Assembly: GCA_964016885.1 (NCBI GenBank)
Contig: OZ024741.1
Span: forward strand, 275,714,001-275,778,000
DNA from: Eledone cirrhosa
Taxonomy: Eukaryota
Direction: 5' to 3'
Length of the DNA stretch: 64,000 nucleotides
The first letter of the stretch is position 1, and the number at the start of each line of letters is the position of its first letter. Positions 54,101 through 62,452 of the stretch are shown here, piece by piece. Position numbers and translations under genes: made by a program. Under the pieces are notes generated by a model, which searched no databases, was not told where the DNA came from, and saw only the letters and a program-made list of their open reading frames with translations.

Positions 54101-57100
54101 GCCATACACAACACAGTACTAAAATACATTGCCATACACAACACAGTACTAAAATACACTGCCATACACAACACAGTACTAAAATACACTGCCGTACACA
54201 ACACAGTACTAAAAAACACAGCCATACACAACACAGTACTAAAATACACTGCCATACACAACGCAGTACTAAAATACACTGCCATACACAACGCAGTACT
54301 AAAATACACTGCCATACCCAACATAGTACTAAAATACACTGCCATACACAACATAGTACTAAAATACACTGCCACACACAACACAGCACTAAAATACACT
54401 GCCACACACAACACAGCACTAAAATACACTGCCATACACAACACAGTACTAAAATACACTGCCATACACAACACAGTACTAAAATATACTGCCATACACA
54501 ACACAGTACTAAAATACACTGCCATACACAACACAGTGCTAAAATATACTGTCATACACAACCCAGTACTAAAATATACTGTCATACACAACCCAGTACT
54601 AAAATACTCTGCCATACACAACACAGTACTAAAATACACTGTCATACACAAAACAGCACTAAAATACACTGCCATACACAACACAGTACTAAAATACACT
54701 GCCATACACAACACAGTACTAAAATACACTGCCATACACCATACAGTACTAAAATACACTGGCATACACCACACAGTACTAAAATACACTGCCATACACC
54801 ACACAGTAATAAAATACACTGAAATACATTGCACAGTACTAAAATACACTGTCATACACCACACAGTAATAAAATACACTGCCATACACAACACAGTACT
54901 AAAATACACTGCCATATACCACACAGTACTAAAATACACTGCCATACACCACACAGTAATAAAATACACTGAAATACATTGCACAGTACTAAAATACACT
55001 GTCATACACCACACAGTAATAAAATACACTGCCATACGTTGCACAGTACTAAAATACACTCCCATACATTACACTGTAATAAAATACAGTCATACACCAC
55101 ACCATAATAAAATACACTGCAATACACAACACAGTACTAAAATACACTACAATACACAACACAGTAATAAAGTACACTGCCATACACTGCACCAAATTAT
55201 TCTTGACTTACTGGAACAGACAAACTGCTCTTATGGTCATTCGCCATTCCTTCCGTTGAACCCACCAAATGTCATACCATACAGAGAATGTTTTACGTAA
55301 AATAGACCGACGCCAGTGGGCCCTGCAAATGTAAAAAAAGTAGTAACATATAAACGCATATAAATACATACACACATATATATATCATCATCATCATCAT
55401 CGTTTAACGTCTATCCTCCACGCTAGCATGGGTTTAGACGGGAATTGCCCCACTTGAGGCAAAATTGGTCGGGTGACAAAAAAACACAGTCCACGCTGTA
55501 ATGTGGCTATGTAGGTAACACGGTAAAAAGCTCCCAGTCCACACTATAAATGTGGTTGGTGTTAGGAAGGGCATCCAGCTGTAGAAAACCTGCCAGATAG
55601 TCTTATATGAGCGAGACACGGCCACCCGACCAATCTTGCCTCAAGTGGGACAATTCCCGTCTAACCCATGCTAGCGTCGAAGATAGACGTTAAACGATGA
55701 TGATGATGATGATGATGATATATATATATATCTATATATTAATTTCAACAATGTCATTATTCCGTGTGTCATAATTCTCGATTATCATTGGTTCATAGGT
55801 TTCAAACGACTCCGCCCACCTCAACGACGCCAAACTTAAATTAATATGCATAATGAGAGGGGAGAGTAAGAAACAGAGAGGCAAAGTGAACGCTGTAACT
55901 ATTACCATGTGTGCGTGTGTATGTACGTGCGCGTATGTTTATGTGTGTGTGCATGCGTGCAGCGTTCCACAGAAAGTAAAAGCAATTCGACTTTATCAAA
56001 CAGTGACCTACAGCGGCGACGGCGTGCAGCCAGGAATGAAGAAAAACGGGCCGAACAGTGCCATCGGAACGTTGAACTTCAGAGGCGAAGACGTGCTGCC
56101 TTGAATGAAGAGGAGCTGGCTGAACAACGCCAACGAAACACTGGAGCCAAGCAGCGACGGCGTGCTGCGATGGTTGAAGACGAACTGGCTGAGCATCATC
56201 TTTTATATTAATTATCTATATCTATATCTACATATAATATAAAAGATTGGAACTTCCTTCATCCTTTTGAGAAATGTGGAACAACCACGTCTATGCAATG
56301 ATACACGTTTTACAGTCAGGTAGAAGATGAACCATCTCCTAGAGGTCACTATTCTAGGTGGGAGCACCTAGAATTGTTCAAATACTATGCACAGACGGTA
56401 CAATGAAGAATCTGGTATATCTGGAAGATTTTTTTTACTGTTTTTTGTATCACACAGACACCACGGACTCGCCTCATACTGTAACCAGACAAACATCCAA
56501 TAGTCATTTTCTCTTTTTCCTGTCTTTTCTTATCATCTGTTTACCTGGGCGAAGCTGGGTACGTCAGCTAGTATTTATAAAAAACAAAATTTGTTTTCGC
56601 TTTTAACATGGCGGATACTTAAATGTATTCGTGAGTGAATAATAATATAATAACTAGCAGAAAACCAGTAGTGTAGTGTAAATAGTGATATGCAAATATA
56701 TATATGGAGGCACATGGCTTAGTGGTTAGAGCATTGGGCTTGCAATCGAAAGGTTGTGAGTTCAATTCTCAGACCGGGTGGTGTGTTGTTTCCTTGAGCA
56801 AGACACTTTATTTCACATTGCTCCAGTTTACTCAGCTGTAGAAATGAGATGATAGGGACTGGGGTCCATATCATTCCACTGCAAAGTGGTCGTGGAGGTG
56901 CCACGGCAAAAAAGCACCCAGCACTCACTGTAAATGAGGTTGGTGTTAGGAAGGGCATCCAGCTGTAGAAATCAAGCCAGAATCAGTTCCTGTCTCACCC
57001 TTGCAAGCAGGGAAAAGCGAACGTAAAATGAAATGATGATGATGATGATATACATGTTGATGAGACTGTGTTACACTCTCTTCTGTAAAAGAAAATATTA

Positions 57101-60100
57101 TATATAAACTGCATTATGGCGAAATGTTATGAAACAGGAAAAGGAGAAAATGAGATTAGCGACGGAAATATAAACATTATTATATAACGATAAAAATATA
57201 GCATATGGCAAAGTGTTATGATATAACGTATGCTAACGGAAGTGTTGACATTTGAAAATTTTACAAGAAATGAATCTTGAAATAAGCAAGACATTATATA
57301 TAAGATTGGAGGTGCATGGCTTAGTGGTTAGAGCATTGGCCTTGCAATCGAAAGGTTGTGAGTTCAATTCTCAGACCGGGTGATGTGTTATTTCCTTGAG
57401 CAAGACACTTTATTTCACATTGCTCCAGTTTTCTCAGCTGTAGAAATGAGATGATAGGAACTGAGGTCCCAATCATTCCACTGTAAAGTGGTCGTGGAGG
57501 TGCCACGGCAAAAAAGCACCCATCACTCACTGTAAATGAGGTTGGTGTTAGGAAGGGCATCCAGCTGTAGAAATCAAGCCAGAATCAGTTCCCGTCCCAT
57601 CCTTGCAAGCAGGGAAAAGCGGACGTAAAATGAAATGATGATGATGAAAATTATAATTCTAATTTATTTCGATATTGCTAGGGACTTGGCTCCTTGAACA
57701 ACATATACACATAACACTCACAAAATTGTAGACAATCTAAGAACGCTAGTTAAAAATAATTATTACATACAAAGACATATGTGTGTGAGTATGTGTGTGT
57801 GTGTGCATATATATATATACATTTATATGTATGAGTAACACAGGTTACTGAAACATAGATGAGTTACCTCCCTTTGCGTGACGTACAAAAACACAAGAGC
57901 ATTATATATTAAACGAACGATCAACTTTCGTCAAATTGGACTGAGGAAACAATGTTTCCGTTGGTCTTTCCAATTGTTAATACTATCTATCGGTCGCAAT
58001 TCCAGGTAGAAGGAGCAACGTGAAATAAAGTGTCTCGCTCAAGGACATAACGCATCGCCTGGTCCAGGAATCGAACTCACAACTTCACGATTGCGAATCC
58101 AATTCTCTAACCACTCAGCCACACGCCTTTACAATTATATATTAGTAGATAATTTATTCAAAGTAATTTTAATAACGTATTCAGAAAAAATATCCCTGAC
58201 ACAGTCTCGCAGTTCTCCAATCATTATATATAAAATATCATAATATTATTAATGGATTGGCAGTACCAGTAATGCACTGGGTTATTGCTGGCCGTGTGCC
58301 AAACGTAGAAACAATTATTAATGGATTGGCAGTATCGGTAGAGGGTCGGACACTATGCTTTGACGCATAGAGTTACGCCCCTTGCCATTCTGAGTTCAAA
58401 TCCCGCCGAGGTTAACTTTGCCTTTCATCCTTACGGGGTCGATAAAATAAAGTACCAGTAATCTACTGGGTAATTGCTGGCCTTGTGCCAAAAGTAGAAA
58501 CAATTATTAATATTTACTTTGTTTGCAAGCAAACAGACTCATAAACACTGTGTGTTAAATGACCAATATCATTGAGTTGTTCCAACAGTACAATCGATAA
58601 TTGTTTCGGAGTGTTTGCTCCTTATCAAGATTGTGTATTCTCAGCACTGCCAGCCACATGAAATGACTCATAAACACTATGTCTTAGATGTCTACAGCCT
58701 ATACTACCACCACAACCACTACTATACTACAGCCTATACCACCACTACCATACTACAGCATATACCACCACTACCATACTACAGCCATACCACCACCACA
58801 ACGACTACTATACTACAGCTTATACCACCTCCACAACCACTACTATACTACAGCCTACACCACCACCACCTACACTACCATACTACAGCCTATACCACCA
58901 CCACCTACTCTACCATACTACAGCATATACCACCACCACCTACACTACCATACTACAGCCTATACCACCAGCACCTACACTACCATACTACAGCCTATAC
59001 CAGCACCTACACTACCATACTACAGCCTATATCACCAGCACCTACACTACCATACTGCAGCCTATACCACCACCACCTACACTACCATACTACAGCCTAT
59101 ACCACCACCACCACCATACTACCACTACAACCACTACTATACTACAGTCCATACCATCACCACTACCATACTACATCCTATACCATCACCACTACCATAC
59201 TACAGCCTATACACATTCATCACCACCACCACACTAGTCTATACCACCATCATTATACATCCTTAAAGGGTTGATAAAATAAAGTACCAGTAATGCACAG
59301 GTGTAATTGCTGGCCTTGTGCCAAAAGTAGAAATAATTATTACTATATAAAAGATATATATTAAAGTAGAAGTCATGAAACACTGTTTTTCACTTGGTTA
59401 AAAACAATATAAATAAAATACTGTTAATTAATTTGATTGTAGCACTCTCATATTTCATGACATTTATCAAAATAAAGGTTTAGATATCATGGGTTCTGCC
59501 CTCTCCTCTCTCACTAAACAGTAAAACAAAAACAAAAATCAAAATAAAACCCTAGTTAAATGTGTGCTGCAGTATTATATAAAAACCACTTCTAACCTGG
59601 CAACTGCAGGACTGAGTGAACCAAACACAGCCACCATCCATATTCTACAGTACTTGCGGGCCACAGTTCTGTAAAAGAAGAAATAATATATACCAACGTT
59701 TGTAAATTGGTTGGTGATAAGAAGGGCATCAAGCCATAGAAAACTTACGAAACAAAGGGTTGGGAGGACTCTTCAACTAACCTCCCTAGTGATGGTGATA
59801 GGAACAACAATAACAACATCAACAAGATAACAACAACTACTCTTGGATCCCAAATAATAGGAGAGTAGACTAAGTGATGGGGGAGAGGGGGGTTTCTACA
59901 TTGTCTCCGTCGATTAAAAAAAAAATCATATTTAGCCGCCGAAGATAGATTAGGCAAAATTTAATAAGGGAGGTGGGGTCTGAAAAATTAATGAGCGGGT
60001 GGGGGGAAGATTATTCGAGACCTGAGAGTACAGAACAACATTAACAACAACATAATAACACCAAATGTACCTGATTCTTATTTCTTTGAGGCGACCACCC

Positions 60101-60172
60101 TTGTTCCATGTGTAGCCAGGACGATAATTAGCGATGTTTACACGAGAACTCTTTGGAGTAAGGCCTTTGGTT
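2235..60172 (-). CDS. SFI1: SFI1 centrin-binding protein orthologue; 29 coding exons visible, 5' end not identified
   Basis: The manually spliced exons join in one frame (4471 nt, GT-AG, consistent phases). The protein has periodic Trp-containing Sfi1 repeats. It is colinear with my recollection of human SFI1: YTWNKGGRLKEIRIRTVARKY, WWVQRKEWRMTIRA, ALWHWSTVLQRKVFREW, RPKPVCPAFIL. Confidence 0.92.
2695..3017. repeat. (ACT/ACC)n trinucleotide microsatellite
   Basis: Direct reading. Confidence 0.95.
3199..4245 (+). repeat. 48-bp minisatellite (about 18 copies, 3199-4085) continuing into a SINE 3' part
   Basis: Unit aaaagcacccagtccacactgtaaagtggtcatgtaggagacacagca matches the SINE interior; the SINE body and (gat)n tail follow. 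Confidence 0.9.
4380..4473 (-). CDS. SFI1: SFI1 exon
   Basis: SLQTYKQQLHSWQDSMQECSISQTVEVELLE; gtatgt donor. Confidence 0.85.
4585..4801. mobile_element. piggyBac-like MITE. Other copies near 8836-9053, 12170-12374, 16160-16398, 21901-22116, 22151-22375, 37350-37716, 52580-53133
   Basis: TTAA-CCCTTT...AAAGGG-TTAA termini with a shared internal sequence. Confidence 0.8.
5070..5850. repeat. About 37-bp minisatellite, degenerating at the right end
   Basis: Unit ccaccactgtctcaccacatacagctatgtcactgtc. Confidence 0.9.
6025..7085 (-). CDS. SFI1: SFI1 large exon (1061 bp) with 14-aa tandem repeats
   Basis: Open frame ITSSFYPT...EEVSQLKQLILDYKQRRLRL; ctttcag acceptor, gtttgt donor; coiled-coil-like end as in the SFI1 C-terminus. 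Confidence 0.82.
7576..8220. repeat. Compound (CA)n/(TA)n/GATA microsatellite
   Basis: Direct reading. Confidence 0.95.
8406..8661 (-). CDS. SFI1: SFI1 exon (low complexity, ASDK repeats)
   Basis: TFPEASNQLQCDEQQQQH...VASDKAGVASDKAG...PIRDNEEQ; phases fit neighbouring exons. Confidence 0.78.
9541..10644 (-). mobile_element. Non-autonomous Helitron
   Basis: Minus-strand 5' TC end; 3' hairpin tacccaggcaacgctgggta then CTAG; inserted between A and T; internal tandem repeats of about 110 bp. Confidence 0.8.
10908..11024 (-). CDS. SFI1: SFI1 exon
   Basis: NNKDVNNLKVSKSRPKPVCPAFILQSLDLDNTTIDSIC; phase 2-2. Confidence 0.78.
12638..12849 (-). CDS. SFI1: SFI1 exon
   Basis: DALSTFTLAQKFALRWKLYVKRHKK...HHESW; gtaagc donor. 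Confidence 0.86.
12958..13298 (-). mobile_element. tRNA-derived SINE with CORE-like domain and RTE-derived tail
   Basis: A/B-box head; near-identical to copies at 38501-38840, 56704-57049 and 57308-57646. Confidence 0.85.
14027..14262. repeat. (GAT/GGT)n microsatellite
   Basis: Direct reading. Confidence 0.95.
14941..15156. repeat. 36-bp tandem repeat x6 containing copies of an SFI1 5' splice site
   Basis: Unit ttacctttggcaatgtcaacatacctgtgtttgttg; the last unit spans the exon/intron junction at 15144/15145. Confidence 0.92.
15145..15321 (-). CDS. SFI1: SFI1 exon
   Basis: VFREWRMFVCNSLRKKSRIEAACVSRRRRLLRDGLQRWLSTADQLSRWRRSFAQAQQTQ; gtatgt donor. Confidence 0.9.
16420..16569 (-). CDS. SFI1: SFI1 exon
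   Basis: LLKIQADWFSNTRVTIVAFTVWQQQLQLSQVENRKTYIALWHWSTVLQRK. Confidence 0.92.
17249..18692. mobile_element. Foldback non-autonomous DNA transposon, Sola2-like; arms about 700 bp, 4-bp TSD CCAA
   Basis: Termini GGGTTACTCCAT / ATGGAATGACCC; CCAA at 17245-17248 and 18693-18696; arms pair inwards to a loop of about 23 nt at 17989-18011. Confidence 0.8.
18737..18897 (-). CDS. SFI1: SFI1 exon
   Basis: HVWRLYNVWHTQYQSSVLRRLQWQTAVVHHRRRLLAKTILAWTQWVITNYKKK; gtcagt donor. Confidence 0.9.
19546..19642 (-). CDS. SFI1: SFI1 exon
   Basis: IMFTWRAYSAIHAYKKSETRSWVSTVQTTLEH; gtgagt donor. Confidence 0.88.
19682..20000. repeat. 62-bp tandem repeat x5 filling most of a 410-bp intron
   Basis: Units start at 19682, 19744, 19806, 19868 and 19930. 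Confidence 0.92.
20053..20155 (-). CDS. SFI1: SFI1 exon
   Basis: ERFVQWRAVCSEGMHNRQQECTAAVFYNRNLLSK. Confidence 0.88.
20963..21135 (-). CDS. SFI1: SFI1 exon
   Basis: YHQMCQQKELIYSRARQHYESHLYRKYFFAWHLYITQCRSVKMEAMKMYLISRHKIL; gtaagt donor. Confidence 0.88.
22470..22545 (-). CDS. SFI1: SFI1 exon
   Basis: NRLEMFATVWYYSHIQYRCLSAWIQ. Confidence 0.85.
23968..24372 (+). mobile_element. RTE LINE 3' fragment
   Basis: AMLHGSETWAL...ERRLCWYGHVMRM...GRPRKTW; related to the copies at 41-47 kb. Confidence 0.85.
25322..25407 (-). CDS. SFI1: SFI1 exon
   Basis: DKACSHRQKNTLRTHFLAWRQYIEDIHN; gtaagt donor. Confidence 0.87.
25950..26598. repeat. 55-bp minisatellite, about 12 copies, two sequence variants
   Basis: cctagggctaaac recurs every 55 bp from 25981 to 26586. 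Confidence 0.93.
26624..26704 (-). CDS. SFI1: SFI1 exon
   Basis: AIVHYNRITMSKTFETWKKRKSQYHMV; gtaagt donor. Confidence 0.87.
28353..28434 (-). CDS. SFI1: SFI1 exon
   Basis: DNLTAKIFTLWKEAAVKKHEVRCMEIM. Confidence 0.87.
28438..29642. repeat. About 23-bp minisatellite (about 50 copies) abutting an SFI1 3' splice site
   Basis: Unit caacaacagtaacaaaggtggat. Confidence 0.95.
30351..30481 (-). CDS. SFI1: SFI1 exon
   Basis: TQSSRAKAHFYVTIVPKVFYYWTLYVDQQKHQRALNEQAEEYWR. Confidence 0.88.
30716..30782 (-). CDS. SFI1: SFI1 exon
   Basis: HQLLQKFFNAWFHYTTWRIQCQ; strong pyrimidine tract; bridges phase 2 to phase 0. Confidence 0.85.
31980..32503. mobile_element. Tc1/mariner-type MITE interrupted by a solo LTR
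   Basis: Degenerate TIRs (gtccctaaaaagtgtatacac / gtatgtatactttttgggggacaccctg) with TA flanks. Confidence 0.6.
32024..32437 (+). mobile_element. Solo LTR (414 bp), 4-bp TSD ACCT
   Basis: TGTAGCAA...TTGTTATA inverted ends; CCAAT at 32064, TATAAAAG at 32156, ATTAAA at 32375. Confidence 0.75.
33002..33099 (-). CDS. SFI1: SFI1 exon
   Basis: LLKVSWNCWSDKLDFKYDQQLLPLTQRAQSFYR; gtgag donor. Confidence 0.88.
33842..34934 (-). mobile_element. 5'-truncated CR1/L2-group LINE; intact 352-aa RT C-terminal frame
   Basis: VPQGTVLGPILF, FADDT, KDLGI and DYCSQLWSP motifs; (AAATG)n tail. Confidence 0.88.
35759..36238 (+). mobile_element. Non-autonomous Helitron
   Basis: TC start; 3' hairpin caccc-gaa-gggtg then CTAG-T; a related minus-strand copy at about 56654-58230 is interrupted by SINEs. 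Confidence 0.65.
36277..36369 (-). CDS. SFI1: SFI1 exon
   Basis: KQGMTGFYVNWKQKKRLKILGTLCEEIYKRQ; gtaagg donor. Confidence 0.82.
36983..37053 (-). CDS. SFI1: SFI1 exon
   Basis: (Y)IDICQQKRSQLYVAKNYHRVHLL; gtgagt donor. Confidence 0.88.
37054..37724 (-). other. U12-type (minor spliceosome) GT-AG intron
   Basis: 5' splice site GTATCCTTTT; branch site TCCTTAAT at 37067-37074, 13 nt upstream of the exon; flanking exons join in frame. Confidence 0.88.
37725..37886 (-). CDS. SFI1: SFI1 exon (followed by U12-type intron)
   Basis: VAVSISKENICRQTFQIWTNQLRAHRALRANEDYLRNLRHRSLLRTVWLHWRI; donor GTATCCTTTT. Confidence 0.9.
38501..38840 (-). mobile_element. tRNA-derived SINE (young family)
   Basis: Same family as 56704-57049. 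Confidence 0.85.
39905..40061 (-). CDS. SFI1: SFI1 exon
   Basis: AWKIWCEASEDIRSEIDLCEKALLHKNWFLIRLTYTHWRSYIAVRHEKTYLK. Confidence 0.88.
40085..40806. repeat. tataacacaagtatacatacacac satellite; same unit at 44622-45200 and 47042-47300
   Basis: Direct reading. Confidence 0.92.
41055..43537 (-). mobile_element. Degenerate RTE-clade LINE (endonuclease C-terminus, RT, PHD-like finger)
   Basis: QIDFIL, FVDLEKAFD, GVHQGSVL, YADDL, WPCSVC...WVHKRC; frameshifts present. Confidence 0.9.
43538..44621 (+). mobile_element. Composite non-autonomous Helitron
   Basis: TC-tataa 5' ends at 43538, 43564 and 44241; GC-rich 3' hairpin ctggcc...ggccag then CTAG-T. Confidence 0.7.
44278..44435. mobile_element. 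hAT-like MITE (158 bp), 8-bp TSD TATGTATG
   Basis: Perfect 15-bp TIR CAGGGCCGTCTTAAC; TSD at 44270-44277 and 44436-44443. Confidence 0.88.
45203..47041 (-). mobile_element. 5'-truncated young RTE-clade LINE
   Basis: A single reading frame of about 1.8 kb with only two nonsense codons (near 46513 and 46027); RT motifs; C4HC3 finger; (GAT)n tail. Confidence 0.92.
47582..48000. mobile_element. RTE-X-like LINE 3' fragment with inverted 5' part
   Basis: Plus strand reads VESVLLYGSETWTL...RRLRLAGH...GHTGRG; minus strand reads TYVDALRTDTGL...DRDRWRELV. Confidence 0.75.
49034..49136 (-). CDS. SFI1: SFI1 exon
   Basis: HCWSHWLQEIEIAANWKEQERIATSLYHSHLLSS; gtatgt donor. Confidence 0.87.
49610..50160 (-). 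mobile_element. Probable L1/Tx1-like LINE 3' remnant
   Basis: Degenerate frame AVLACLVAMMKEVVWWTQ...FVER; aataaa-type tail. Confidence 0.4.
50889..51006 (-). CDS. SFI1: SFI1 exon
   Basis: TRYLKQKSLTQWRHYIVMRNNKCQMSHLAQDFHNHTLL; gtaaga donor. Confidence 0.88.
52461..52555 (-). CDS. SFI1: SFI1 exon
   Basis: YHQRVKVLHRWKMFVTLNKKKRSRLALASTH; gtaagt donor. Confidence 0.9.
53590..55192. repeat. 30-bp minisatellite (over 40 copies) with a degenerate left part
   Basis: Unit aaaatacactgccatacacaacacagtact. Confidence 0.95.
55212..55322 (-). CDS. SFI1: SFI1 exon
   Basis: AHWRRSILRKTFSVWYDIWWVQRKEWRMTIRAVCLF; gtaagt donor. Confidence 0.9.
55731..56571 (+). mobile_element. Internally deleted Helitron with RepHel fragments
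   Basis: A-TC 5' end; 3' hairpin then CTAG-T; PIF1-like LLRNVEQPRLCNDTR remnant near 56265; Arg/Glu-rich N-terminal repeats. Confidence 0.8.
56704..57049 (+). mobile_element. tRNA-derived SINE (young family)
   Basis: A box TGGCTTAGTGG, B box GAGTTCAATTC, CORE-like middle, RTE-like 3' end, (gat)n tail. Confidence 0.88.
57308..57646 (+). mobile_element. tRNA-derived SINE (young family)
   Basis: Near-identical to 56704-57049. Confidence 0.88.
58320..58505 (+). mobile_element. Second tRNA-derived SINE family. Many copies, e.g. 10650-10862, 39255-39560, 48435-48620, 49165-49380
   Basis: tggcagtatcggtaga A-box-like and gagttcaaatccc B box; shared gcctttcatcc...aaagtaccagt...ggccttgtgcc body. Confidence 0.8.
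58692..59250. repeat. ACC/ACT-rich minisatellite
   Basis: Recurring ctaccatactacagcctataccaccacc. Confidence 0.9.
59597..59668 (-). CDS. SFI1: SFI1 exon
   Basis: TVARKYCRIWMVAVFGSLSPAVAR; ttttacag acceptor, gttag donor. Confidence 0.88.
60071..60172 (-). CDS. SFI1: SFI1 exon (first visible)
   Basis: TKGLTPKSSRVNIANYRPGYTWNKGGRLKEIRIR; ttgcag acceptor, gtacat donor. Confidence 0.85.
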
Positions 60173-60847
60173 CTGCAATCAAATATTGAGAGTTTCAAGA
60201 TGGTTATTTATTTCATACATGAAATAAAAACATTGCCGTCAATTGTTGCGGTTATAGCTGTACACGACAAACTAATAAACTTTATTCACAGTTGTATAAA
60301 TAACATTACACATTGTTCACAATTTTTTCAGAAAGAAAATATAAACACATATATAGACCTGCCAACCTATAAACAGCCAAAAGGGGCGTACCATGAAAAA
60401 AAGTTTCACAAAACATAATGAAAGCTATACCCATTGACATCTCTCACCCACCCCAAAGTGGCTGGGTGATCTCCCCGTCAGACGGGGAGAGTAGACAGGT
60501 CTGCATATAATTGTATATTTATGTAATTAAGTATTATCTATATATCTAAAACAGAGAATGTATGTCTGTCTGTCTGATTCCCTAAACCTCGAGAACCACC
60601 CAACCGATTGTTTTCAAACTTTACACATGTAATACTTATTGTCCTGTGAGTGTTTTGAGCAAAAAAAATTTCAAATTTTCAATGCCCTAGGGACCGCATT
60701 AGGCGATTTAGCGATCTCTCTCTATAATTCTTAGTCTTTCTTTTTAGATAGATACATAGATATAACGTTGCGCCCTTATAATATCTGTCTGTATGTCTAG
60801 CTGTCTGCATTACGACACTATGACACTGTGTGTATATATGTATATAT

Positions 60848-61984
60848 AGTGTAGGTTGGACAAAATAGAATCATAATTTTGTGTGTATATATGTATATAT
60901 AGTGTAGGTTGGACATGATAGAATCATAATTTTGAAATATCTATAAAACCGTCAAAAGCTTGTTTATTTTTATGTTTTTTTATTTATTAGTGTTTTGTTA
61001 AAATTGCTGTTTCTTTTCAGATATCATCAGAAAAAGGTAATTAAAATTCATTAAAATAACAGATCTATCGGACTTTCAAAGAGGTCAAATTGTTGGTGCT
61101 CGTATGGCAGGCGCTAGTGTAAAGCAAACAGCCGAAATGTTTGGTGTATCAAGAAGTAATGTCTCGAAAGTAATGACAGCCTTTGAGAAAGAGGGAAAAA
61201 CCTCCTCGTTGAAACAAAACTCCGGAAGAAAACCAAAACTTTCAGATAGGGACCGTCGGATTCTTACGCAAATTATTAAAAAGGATCACAAAAGTACAGC
61301 TCCCAAAATTATTGCAGAGCTTAATGACCACCTCGAGGACCCAGTTTCCACAAAAATTGTTCGGCGGGAGCTGTACAAAGCTGGATTTCACGGGAGGGCT
61401 GCAATTATAAAACCACTACTTTCAAAAACAAATGTTGCAAAGTGTTTAGAGTGGAGTAAAAACCTACAGAATTGATCTGGGGGGGCTATATCTTGGAAAT
61501 CCACCGGCCCAATGGTTTCCCTTCATGGCAGAATTAATAGTCAAGACTATTTAAGCATTTTATCTGATCAAATTCATCCTATGGTTGCGTAACTGTTTCC
61601 AGAGGGAAACGCAATCTTTCAGGATGATAATGCACCAATTCACACAGCTAAAGTTGTTACTGAATGGCACGAGGAACATTCTAATGAAGTTGAACATCTT
61701 ATCTGGCCACCACAGTCCCCAGATCTCAATATTATTGAACATTTATGGTGCATTTTAGAAAAACAAGTAAGGAGTTGATATCCTCCACCATCATCACTAC
61801 AAGAACTGGAGACTGTTTTAGCTGAAGAATGGACAAAAATTCCTTTGGAAACAATTCAAACTTTGTATGAGTCCATACCTCGTAGAATTCAAGTTGTAAT
61901 TACTGCCAAAAGGTGGTCCTACTCCATATTAAAATAAATTTGTTTGAAATTTTAAGGTGTTTCCATTATTTTGTCCAACCCCTG
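60848..61984 (+). mobile_element. Internally deleted Tc1 transposon
   Basis: HTH region GQIVGARMAGAS...GRKPKLS; QDDNAPIH and WPPQSPDLNIIEHLW motifs; first catalytic D region missing; right TIR ttttgtccaacccctg-ta; left TIR degenerate and duplicated. Confidence 0.88.
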
Positions 61985-62099
61985 TATATATAGTGTGTAA
62001 CGCTTTCACAGATTGATTTTTTTAGTTTCAGAAGATCCCATTAAGGGTGAAAGCAGCGATTCTTTGCTTAAAGTTTGATCTGTTATTTTAATATATATA

Positions 62100-62442
62100 T
62101 CTTTATATATATAAAAGCGAGGATGTGTGTGCCTGTGTACAACTTTGCATACTTAAGGCTTTTGCAATTACCAACTGAATTTGACCAAATTTTCTGTGCA
62201 CGTTGCACGGGTCGCTAAGATTGTCACATCACAAACATTTTTCAAATCGACCCACGTTGAGCAATAAAAAATCGATATCAAAATTATCGGTAGCAAAATT
62301 GATGTAAGGGAGATAACAAACTTTATTGACATAAATATAAACATCAGATTCATTTGAAGATAAATCACTAATATTATCGTTTGTTTCTTGTTTATTCTTT
62401 GTTGCATTTCAAACCCTGCGCAACGCCGGGTAAATCTGCTAG
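62100..62442 (+). mobile_element. Non-autonomous Helitron
   Basis: TC start; ccctgcgcaacgccggg hairpin then CTAG-T. Confidence 0.75.
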
Positions 62443-62452
62443 TATATATATA

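Noticed and set aside
53744-55300. 518-aa and 423-aa ORFs
   Set aside because: Products of a stop-free 30-bp minisatellite that is open on both strands and lies in an SFI1 intron.
56705-56780. tRNA gene
   Set aside because: A and B boxes are present, but this is the head of a multicopy SINE with no convincing cloverleaf.
59950-60198. ORF start at 60198 as the SFI1 initiation codon
   Set aside because: The start is non-ATG, and a plausible acceptor lies at 60173-60174.
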